From a candidate division TM6 bacterium GW2011_GWF2_28_16 (GTDB lineage Bacteria > Patescibacteriota > Microgenomatia > UBA1400 > PJMF01): 64,000 nt of DNA. The stretch spans positions 530,173-594,172 of the forward strand of contig CP011212.1 of the NCBI GenBank assembly GCA_001029715.1, in the 5' to 3' direction. Shown here piece after piece: positions 57,263 through 64,000 of the stretch. Numbering within the stretch: position 1 is the stretch's first letter; each line of letters begins with the position of its first letter. The translations under genes were made by a program, and so were the position numbers. The notes below the pieces were generated by a model. It searched no databases and was not told the origin of the DNA. It saw only the letters and a program-made list of their open reading frames with translations.

Positions 57263-58258
57263 TTAGAACTCTAAATTTTCAAAGGATTTGAGAGCTTTTT
57301 GTAAAGAAAATAGCTGGACGGTGGGATTATCTGAGGCGTCAAAAAAACTGAAAGAGGCGAAGGGGCCGGGGCTACCTTTCATCAAAAAAGGCGTCACTGC
57401 TTTGACTCTATCATCGCTCCAAATATGCTGTAATGCATACAGATAGTAATCATCCAAATAGTAGTTGGTGAGATACGAAGAGGCCCAACCGGTTTCGGTA
57501 ATGAAAACGTTGAAATCTTTGCCGGTCTTGTTTTTAAGCCAATTCAATTCATAGGTAAAACCATGGATAGAATTTTGTCCCGTTTTGACAGGCGAGGCGG
57601 CAAAATCTGGATTGGGATAAGAATGAGAATTCCAGTAATCAATGTTGTCAAAAATATGATTGTCAAAATCATAGAGACTTTGCAGATAAGAAAAAGCCTC
57701 TCTCGTATTGACACTATTATTAGCTGCTAAATCCATGGCGGCGGGCAAAATTCGGTAGGTATAATTCTCGCTGTGAAACCAATTACTGGTAAATTTCAAA
57801 ATACTACCATAGAGCAGGGGATCGATTTTGCCACCCCATTCAGAAGCATGATTAACTTCATTAAAAACAATAATAAATTTCTCATTTTGATGCCAATCTA
57901 ATCTGGATAGAAAATTTGACATATCAATAATATTTTTACGGCTAGGGATAATCCAAGCATTAATCTTAGGATCAAAGCGCGTAGTTAAGCGTAAAATAGG
58001 GATAACGCGCAATTTATATGCCTCGTCAAAAAACTTTTGCCATTGCGAATATTTTTCTAAATCATCTAAGGTAAAAGGGATGGTCACGAAGCGCCATTCT
58101 TCATCTAGATAAATTTGCCTAAATTTATCTAGTTCACCAGTATGCAAAATATGAATCCCCATAGCACGACCATCAGCAGCTTGAGCTTTAGCAACAAAAA
58201 AAACAAGAAAAAAGATTGATAAATAAATAGTTTTTTTGATAATATTTCTAAAACACAT
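57263..58258 (-). CDS. Secreted clan GH-A-like glycoside hydrolase (putative)
   Basis: Signal peptide, then NEVNH (candidate acid/base Glu) and ITETGW (candidate nucleophile Glu), spaced as in a TIM-barrel glycosidase. Confidence 0.35.
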   Translation of the reverse strand: MCFRNIIKKTIYLSIFFLVFFVAKAQAADGRAMGIHILHTGELDKFRQIYLDEEWRFVTIPFTLDDLEKYSQWQKFFDEAYKLRVIPILRLTTRFDPKINAWIIPSRKNIIDMSNFLSRLDWHQNEKFIIVFNEVNHASEWGGKIDPLLYGSILKFTSNWFHSENYTYRILPAAMDLAANNSVNTREAFSYLQSLYDFDNHIFDNIDYWNSHSYPNPDFAASPVKTGQNSIHGFTYELNWLKNKTGKDFNVFITETGWASSYLTNYYLDDYYLYALQHIWSDDRVKAVTPFLMKGSPGPFASFSFFDASDNPTVQLFSLQKALKSFENLEF

Positions 58259-58307
58259 TTCTAAATTTATTCTAACACGAAAGATCCAATGCTATACTAA
58301 GGCAGAG

Positions 58308-58970
58308 ATGAAAAAATTCTTCTTTGTTTTTAGTTGGTTACTTCTATCTACCTCTGCTGTTCTAATTGGTACTTCTGCCTATAGTTTTTATTTTCTAGCC
58401 AAAGATAACTCTCTCTCTAAATTTGAACTCACTCAAACTCCCAAAATCCAAAGTCCACAAGAATCTAAAAATCCCTCAATGCTCGTCACTACTGTTATGG
58501 AAAGCGAAGACGCCAGGGGTCAAATTATTGCTCAATTTTTGGAAAGATATAATTCGCCAATGGAACCATATGACTTCTATGGTAAAAAAATTGTCGAAAT
58601 TGCCGACCGTTATCAAATCGATTTCAGACTATTACCAGCCATTGCTATGCAAGAATCTGGTTTATGTAAAAATCAAAACCCAGACGCTCCCCACAACTGT
58701 CTAGGCTTTGGTATTCATAAATCAGGCACTCTAGACTTTGACAGCTATGAAGATGGTTTTGAGCGAGCAGGTCGGGAACTTAAGGCTTACTACATCGATA
58801 AAGGCTTAGTTACTGTTGAGCAAATTGAAAGTAAATACACTCCCTCCAGCAATGGCTCTTGGGCAAATTCGGTTAATCAGTGGATGGCGGAAATGCGTTT
58901 TGATGATCGCCAGATGGGTAGAGAAAACAAAGATAATGCCAGCGTAATAGAGTTCGCCAAGGAAAAGTAG
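58308..58970 (+). CDS. Lytic transglycosylase-like (SLT domain) protein
   Basis: N-terminal TM, then LLPAIAMQESGLC, which resembles the SLT catalytic E-S motif. ATG at 58308. Confidence 0.4.
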   Translation: MKKFFFVFSWLLLSTSAVLIGTSAYSFYFLAKDNSLSKFELTQTPKIQSPQESKNPSMLVTTVMESEDARGQIIAQFLERYNSPMEPYDFYGKKIVEIADRYQIDFRLLPAIAMQESGLCKNQNPDAPHNCLGFGIHKSGTLDFDSYEDGFERAGRELKAYYIDKGLVTVEQIESKYTPSSNGSWANSVNQWMAEMRFDDRQMGRENKDNASVIEFAKEK

Positions 58971-59052
58971 TTCTCCAGGTTGACTATCTTATAATAATTG
59001 CTATAATACCTATTAACTCAGAAGGTTACTCCTCACCAGGATCTACGTTCTG

Positions 59053-59080
59053 AGATCAAAAATCCCGTCTTTTAGGACGG
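59053..59080. terminator. Bidirectional terminator (CCCGUC-uuuua-GGACGGG followed by U6)
   Basis: Lies between the convergent SLT-like gene and the DMT transporter gene. Confidence 0.55.
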
Positions 59081-59112
59081 GTTTTTTGTAACTGGGGTGC
59101 AAATTAACCAGA

Positions 59113-59973
59113 TTAAATGAACAGGAATATTAAGCCCGCAGTTACTCCAACAATGCCAATCATCTTTTTAAGAGATAATTCGTCCTTAAAAATAAACGCC
59201 GACATAAGTGTTAGTAACGATATTGAAGCAGCGTTGGTCGCGTTAACATAGCCCACATTTGGTGCGAGATCAAAACCAACCTGCATAAAATAATTGAAAC
59301 TGGAACCAAATATTCCAATCATCAACAAAGTTAATAATTGAGATTTTGAAATATTAAAAATATTTACTTTTTTAACCTTTATTTCACCAAGAATTAAAAT
59401 TGTTACTACAATCATTGAATAGATAAGTCTCGTTAAAATCGGAACACCAAGGTTTAAAAGATATTTTGAGCTTAATGCTAATAGTCCCCAGCAAAAAAAT
59501 GCGCCGATAGTGTATGGCAACCACAGCTTGTTTGAATCTGTTTTATTTTTGTTTTTATCAATTATAATCAAGGCTGAAAACGCAACAATACATAAAATTG
59601 CAATTACAGATTTAAAAGTCAGTGGCGAGCTAAAAATAAATACTGAAGCAACGGCAGTAAAAACAACATAGCTTTTTGAAATAATTAAACTATATCCTGG
59701 GTTGGGCGAATACCCAATTCCCTTGAGTGAAAAAGCATTTCCAAGATAACTAAAGAAGATCCCCTGAATTAAAATTATTAAGTATTCAAATGGTTTTAAA
59801 GTAAATCGAGTTGGCGTGTTGATAGCTAATAGTAAATACACAATTAAAGGTATTAAGAACATCGCTAAATTATTCAATTGTTGGGGAGTTTTTAACGAAT
59901 TACTTTTTCTGACGAACAAATATAGTACAACCGAACTTAAAAACATTAATATGCTGGCAATTATCCAATTCAT
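59113..59973 (-). CDS. EamA/DMT-superfamily transporter-like membrane protein
   Basis: About 10 TM segments arranged as two 5-TM repeats. Start set at ATG 59973 because the ORF-track start lies inside tRNA-Leu. Confidence 0.45.
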   Translation of the reverse strand: MNWIIASILMFLSSVVLYLFVRKSNSLKTPQQLNNLAMFLIPLIVYLLLAINTPTRFTLKPFEYLIILIQGIFFSYLGNAFSLKGIGYSPNPGYSLIISKSYVVFTAVASVFIFSSPLTFKSVIAILCIVAFSALIIIDKNKNKTDSNKLWLPYTIGAFFCWGLLALSSKYLLNLGVPILTRLIYSMIVVTILILGEIKVKKVNIFNISKSQLLTLLMIGIFGSSFNYFMQVGFDLAPNVGYVNATNAASISLLTLMSAFIFKDELSLKKMIGIVGVTAGLIFLFI

Positions 59974-59988
59974 AAGTTGTTTCCAATG

Positions 59989-60069
59989 TGCCGAAGAGAG
60001 GACTTGAACCTCCATGGATTGCTCCACACGCTCCTAAAACGTGCGCGTCTACCATTTCGCCACTTCGGC
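59989..60069 (-). tRNA. tRNA-Leu (anticodon TAG), long variable arm; CCA not encoded
   Basis: GCCGAAGUGGCGAAAUGGUAGACGC is a Leu-type D arm. Anticodon loop UUUAGGA, 13-nt variable arm, T-loop TTCAAGT. Confidence 0.8.
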
Positions 60070-60124
60070 TTTGATTTTAGTTTTGCGCTTGGCAAAGACT
60101 AAGAAAACATCTTATTATATCTCT

Positions 60125-60538
60125 ATGACCAATTTTAACATAGAGAAGAACTCTGCTAAGTTGAATTACGGATCTATCCATCCTGGGACACTCATTCGAA
60201 AAGCCATTTCTATTTTTCTCGGAGCTCAATCTTTGTATGCAATTTATGAATCAACTAAATTTATTCTTTTTGATCGAGCTGAAATTGAAGCTGCCATTAG
60301 CAAACACCAGCTAAATGAAAGTTCTATGAATTTTTATATAAGTAGAGTTTTGGTAGCTATTTTTTCTGTTCTAAGCCTTTGGTTTGCCGTACATCTTTTT
60401 GGACCAAAAAAAAGCATTAGTAAAAATCTACAAATGCTGATTGGTATTCTATTAATTATTGCCAACACTTACCTTATGAACGTCTTTAGTCAGTTGCCAA
60501 TTTTTGAACAAATTTCACCCCTCATTGACTTTTCCTAA
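60125..60538 (+). CDS. Hypothetical membrane protein
   Basis: ORF truncated to the ATG at 60125 to avoid the tRNA-Leu gene. Two predicted TM segments. Confidence 0.25.
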   Translation: MTNFNIEKNSAKLNYGSIHPGTLIRKAISIFLGAQSLYAIYESTKFILFDRAEIEAAISKHQLNESSMNFYISRVLVAIFSVLSLWFAVHLFGPKKSISKNLQMLIGILLIIANTYLMNVFSQLPIFEQISPLIDFS

Positions 60539-60558
60539 AATTTTCATAAGCTGAATCT

Positions 60559-61221
60559 GTGTCAGATTTTACTTATCAGCTTAAACGTTCCTCGAGAAGC
60601 AGTGGCATTAAAATTGCCATTAGAGCCAATGCTCAAGTTTTAGTGACCGCTCCAAGGTTTATTCCTGAATTTATCATTAAAAAATTTGTTGAATCTCAAA
60701 AAGAATGGATCGAAAACAATCTAGCCAAAAGTAAAAAACAGCAGGCAGAGATCAATCATGATGAAATCTTGATTTTCGACAAAAAATACCAATTAGTGAT
60801 TAATAATTCTGCTGAAAAAATTGGCGTCGAAGTCAGAGGAGAGAAAATTTTCGTCAATAATCTCTCAGAAAAAACTCCTAGTAAAATTAAAAAACAGCTT
60901 GAAGAGTTTCTCAAAAAAACCGCTTTTAAATACATTGGCACCCGCATTCAGATTTTATCTAAAAAAATGGGCGTTACTTATAATCGTCTTGCTTTGCGTG
61001 AACAAAGTAGTCGTTGGGGAAGTTGCAGCTCTCGTGGCAATCTAAATTTCAATTGGCGTTTAGTACATTATCCTCCAGCCATCATTGATTACGTGATTAT
61101 TCACGAACTGGCTCACCGCTTAGAGCTCAATCATTCTAAAAAATTCTGGGAGATTGTCAAAAAACACGACAGCGAATATTTGATTCATAAAGGACAGCTT
61201 AGAAAAAGGCGATACAATTAG
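60559..61221 (+). CDS. YgjP/DUF45 (WLM/SprT-like) HExxH metal-dependent hydrolase
   Basis: WGSCSSRGNLNFNWRL...YVIIHELAHRLELNHS is the DUF45 signature. GTG start. Confidence 0.6.
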   Translation: MSDFTYQLKRSSRSSGIKIAIRANAQVLVTAPRFIPEFIIKKFVESQKEWIENNLAKSKKQQAEINHDEILIFDKKYQLVINNSAEKIGVEVRGEKIFVNNLSEKTPSKIKKQLEEFLKKTAFKYIGTRIQILSKKMGVTYNRLALREQSSRWGSCSSRGNLNFNWRLVHYPPAIIDYVIIHELAHRLELNHSKKFWEIVKKHDSEYLIHKGQLRKRRYN

Positions 61222-61236
61222 GATAGTCAAAAATAA

Positions 61237-61923
61237 ATGCTAAAAATTATTCATGGTGAAAATCTAGTCGCTTCCAGAAAAAAATTAACCGAATTAATTG
61301 ATGAGGCTAAAAAGAAAAATCAGGAAGTTTCAAGCTTAGAAGCAGAGAAGTTGGATAGAGCTAAATTAGAAGCTGCTCTTCTTAGTGAAAGCCTCTTTGG
61401 AAACGAAAAATTACTCATTATTGAGAGTTTATATTCTTTACCCAAATCAAAGAAAAAAGACGAATTTATAGACCTAATATCTTCCGCATCTATTGAATTA
61501 ATTTTATGGGAAAAAAAGCTTCTCACCAAAACTAATTTAAAAAAATTCGGTAATGATTTTGAAAATTATGAGTTTAAAGTTAGTTCAAAATTATGGACTT
61601 TTTTGGATCAACTTTCAGCAAATAAAAATAATAAAAAAGCTTTGCTAAAAATTTTTAGAGAAAGCATTGAAAGCGATGATGCAGAATTTGTTTTTTTGAT
61701 GCTAGCTAGACAAATTCGCCTACTCATTCAGATTAAAGAAAATCATCCGCCAAAAATTGCTCCTTTTATGATGGGTAAATTAAATAGTCAGGCTAGAACC
61801 TTTAGTTTAGAAAAACTCCTGGAACTTCATCAACAACTCTATCAAATTGACCAAAAACAAAAACAATCTACAGGGCTTCTCAGCCTGGCTAGCGAACTTG
61901 ACCTTTTTTTATTTAATATGTAA
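61237..61923 (+). CDS. holA: DNA polymerase III delta subunit-like (HolA-like)
   Basis: N-terminal clamp-loader delta-like region (KIIHGEN...LLIIES). The similarity is weak. Confidence 0.35.
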   Translation: MLKIIHGENLVASRKKLTELIDEAKKKNQEVSSLEAEKLDRAKLEAALLSESLFGNEKLLIIESLYSLPKSKKKDEFIDLISSASIELILWEKKLLTKTNLKKFGNDFENYEFKVSSKLWTFLDQLSANKNNKKALLKIFRESIESDDAEFVFLMLARQIRLLIQIKENHPPKIAPFMMGKLNSQARTFSLEKLLELHQQLYQIDQKQKQSTGLLSLASELDLFLFNM

Positions 61924-61949
61924 ATTGGAAAGACGAAGGGTAACTTTAT

Positions 61950-63371
61950 ATGTACAAACTACTCAAAAAAATTAATCCAAACATTTTCCGTGGTTATGAT
62001 ATACGCGGAGTCATGGATGAAGATTTGAATGAAGATGCTTATTACACTTTAGGCAGAGCCTATGCTACTTTCCTCACTCAAAGAAGAATCAAAGAATCTG
62101 CAGTCGGCAGAGATAATCGTCGCAATGGCGAAAAATATGCCAAAGCCATGATTAAAGGTCTCAATGATGGTGGAATCGACACTATCGATATTGGCCTCAG
62201 CATGAGTCAAATTGTCTATTATTCATCTTATGAATATAAAACCAAGGGTGGAGTAATGATTTCCGCTTCACATAATCCCGGCAACTTTAATGGTTTAAAA
62301 CTCAGCGTTGGCTACTCTGACACTATGATTACTGAAGAAATTCAAGAGATGCGTCAACTCATTGAAAAAGGTAAATTCAGCCAAGGCAAAGGTAAAAATC
62401 GTCAAGATAATCTTTTTCCAAGCTACCTAAAAAACATTCTTAAACTTTTCGATCTTAAAAAGAAATGGACCGTTGTCGTTGATTCTTGCAATGCCACGGG
62501 CGGCATGTTTTATCCAGAAATTTTTAAGAAAGCTGGCTGTAAAGTTTATGAACAAAACACTAAATTAGATAGTAATTATCCACTGGGCGATCCAGATCCA
62601 ACTGAAAGTAAAGTTCTGGAAAGATTGGCTGAAGGAGTCAAAAAACATAAAGCTGACATTGGTTTTGCTTTTGATGCCGATGGCGATCGTATGTCCGTCG
62701 TCGATGATAAAGGCCAAATTCTTTGGATGGATACCATTGTCGCTTTGTTTGCCAAAGATGTACTCGAAACTATGCCAGGCTCTCCAATTGTCTATAACAC
62801 TCTTTGCTCTAGACAGGTCACAGAAAGTATTGAAAAAGCCGGCGGTAAACCATTGATGTGGCTAACTGGCCATTCTTTTATCAAAGCCAAAGTTAAAGAA
62901 GCTCGTTCTCCTTTTGGAGGCGAACTGTCTGGCCACATTTTCTTTATGGATAATTTTTATGGTCATGATGATGGTGCCTATGCATGTTTGCGACTCTTGT
63001 CTTATCTTGAGAGAAAAGACAAAAAACTAAGTGAACTAGTTGAAAAATTACCTAAATATATTAGTAGTCCAGAAATTAAATTTGGCTTAGCTGACGAAAT
63101 TAAATTTAAATTCATTGATGAAGTCATTACAAAAGAATTTAAGAAACAATGGCCTAAGGCAGAGTACATTAGTATCGACGGAATCAGAATGGACACCAGT
63201 GAACAAATGGCTATAATCAGAGCCTCACAAAATGGACCTTATGCCACTGTTAAATTTGAGGCTAAAACTCAAGCTGGCTATGACTCTTTGAAGAAAATTT
63301 TAAAAGGCATTTTAAGTAAACATAAAGAAATTAATTTGAAAAAAGGTACCAATATTGAAGCTTTAGATTAA
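61950..63371 (+). CDS. Phosphohexomutase (phosphoglucomutase/phosphomannomutase family)
   Basis: Active-site Ser loop ISASHNPGNFNG, the FDADGDR metal-binding loop, and an FRGYDIRG N-terminus of the archaeal PMM/PGM type. Confidence 0.8.
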   Translation: MYKLLKKINPNIFRGYDIRGVMDEDLNEDAYYTLGRAYATFLTQRRIKESAVGRDNRRNGEKYAKAMIKGLNDGGIDTIDIGLSMSQIVYYSSYEYKTKGGVMISASHNPGNFNGLKLSVGYSDTMITEEIQEMRQLIEKGKFSQGKGKNRQDNLFPSYLKNILKLFDLKKKWTVVVDSCNATGGMFYPEIFKKAGCKVYEQNTKLDSNYPLGDPDPTESKVLERLAEGVKKHKADIGFAFDADGDRMSVVDDKGQILWMDTIVALFAKDVLETMPGSPIVYNTLCSRQVTESIEKAGGKPLMWLTGHSFIKAKVKEARSPFGGELSGHIFFMDNFYGHDDGAYACLRLLSYLERKDKKLSELVEKLPKYISSPEIKFGLADEIKFKFIDEVITKEFKKQWPKAEYISIDGIRMDTSEQMAIIRASQNGPYATVKFEAKTQAGYDSLKKILKGILSKHKEINLKKGTNIEALD

Positions 63372-63391
63372 TTTAAAAAAGAAAGGTTTTT

Positions 63392-64000
63392 ATGTCCACT
63401 CCTATTTTAGATGACCGCAGCGCAATTAAAAAAATCGATCCAGAGGGTGCTTTAGACTCAGCTGAAAGCATTGCTGACCAAGTCAAACAGGTCTGGGAAG
63501 AACAAGATCGGATTGATCTATCTGCCTACAAAAATGTCAGCAATATCGTTGTAGCTGGCATGGGTGGCTCAGCTCTCGGGGCAGACCTCATCAAAAATCT
63601 TTACAAAGAAGAATTGTCTGTTCCCATGGAAATTTGTAAAGATTACGAATTGCCAAACTTTGTCAGTAAAAACACCCTGGTCATTCTTTCCAGTTATTCC
63701 GGCAACACTGAGGAAACTCTTAATTGTGCCAAGGAAGCGGAACAAAAAGGCGCCATGATCGCTGTAATAGCCGCTGGCGGCAAATTAGTGGAGTTAGCTA
63801 AAGAAAAAAACTATCCTCGTTTCATCATTAATCCAAAAGCCAATCCTTCCAACCAACCACGTATGGCCACTGCCTATAACATCATGGCAATTATTCTAAT
63901 GCTTAAGAAATTGGCTTTGATTAAGTTTGGAGAAGAAGATTTACATCAAATTTTAGATGTAATTAATAAAACAACTCTAGATTGTTTGGTGGAAGTCCCA
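63392..64000 (+). CDS. Bifunctional phosphoglucose/phosphomannose isomerase-like (SIS domain), 3'-truncated by the window end
   Basis: SIS motifs GMGGSALGADL and SYSGNTEET. The reading frame is open to the window edge. Confidence 0.65.
   Translation, partial: MSTPILDDRSAIKKIDPEGALDSAESIADQVKQVWEEQDRIDLSAYKNVSNIVVAGMGGSALGADLIKNLYKEELSVPMEICKDYELPNFVSKNTLVILSSYSGNTEETLNCAKEAEQKGAMIAVIAAGGKLVELAKEKNYPRFIINPKANPSNQPRMATAYNIMAIILMLKKLALIKFGEEDLHQILDVINKTTLDCLVEVP

Noticed and set aside
9749-60027. ORF-track start codons at 9781 (TTG), 43594 (TTG), 50383 (GTG), 52996 (ATT), 56691 (TTG), 29103 and 60027
   Set aside because: These are non-ATG, or they overlap upstream genes or tRNAs. In-frame downstream ATGs were chosen instead (9748, 43564, 50353, 52918, 56652, 29073, 59973).
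1-64000. CRISPR arrays, integrases, transposases and rRNA genes
   Set aside because: None were found on manual scan. The only repeats are the short palindromic family and the tandem 10-mers upstream of mraZ.

Overview
This is a low-GC (~35%) bacterial chromosomal segment made up almost entirely of housekeeping genes. Several traits suggest a reduced-genome, possibly CPR/Patescibacteria-like lineage: type-2 IleRS, class-I LysRS, split transketolase, archaeal-type PGI/PMI, few Shine-Dalgarno sites, and tRNA genes that do not encode CCA. This is an inference, not a taxonomic assignment.

Gene content, in order:
- 3' end of glyQS.
- mraZ-rsmH-ftsL-ftsI, with parB convergent on ftsI.
- A trpB-trpS operon.
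- rplU, a THUMP methyltransferase, and rpmA.
- A SEDS protein (rodA-like) and ileS.
- A minus-strand division and wall cluster: murB-murA-mraY-ftsW-murG-ftsQ-like-ftsA-ftsZ.
- truB and lepB.
- A MOP flippase, an O-antigen-ligase-like gene, a Big-domain protein and alr.
- A tRNA-flanked islet of small hypothetical genes.
- lemA-htpX, gatCAB, dnaE, split transketolase, fpg, secA, serS, class-I lysK, greA, epmA-efp, a CaCA antiporter, wall hydrolase-like genes, a phosphohexomutase and a PGI/PMI.

Seven tRNAs are present (Thr-CGT, Gly-CCC, Asp-GTC, Lys-TTT, Gly-TCC, Leu-TAG, plus one tRNA-like element).

The most notable non-coding features are:
- A classical ribosome-mediated Trp attenuator upstream of a standalone trpB-trpS operon. 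It has a 19-codon leader peptide with tandem Trp codons and mutually exclusive antiterminator and terminator helices.
- A T-box-like leader with an AUC specifier and a UGGU bulge upstream of ileS.
- A tmRNA-like gene whose 3' end is a 72-nt tRNA-like module with a G3:U70 pair and an encoded CCA.
- A short inverted-repeat (MITE-like) element family in two intergenic regions.

No CRISPR array, integrase, transposase or rRNA was found.
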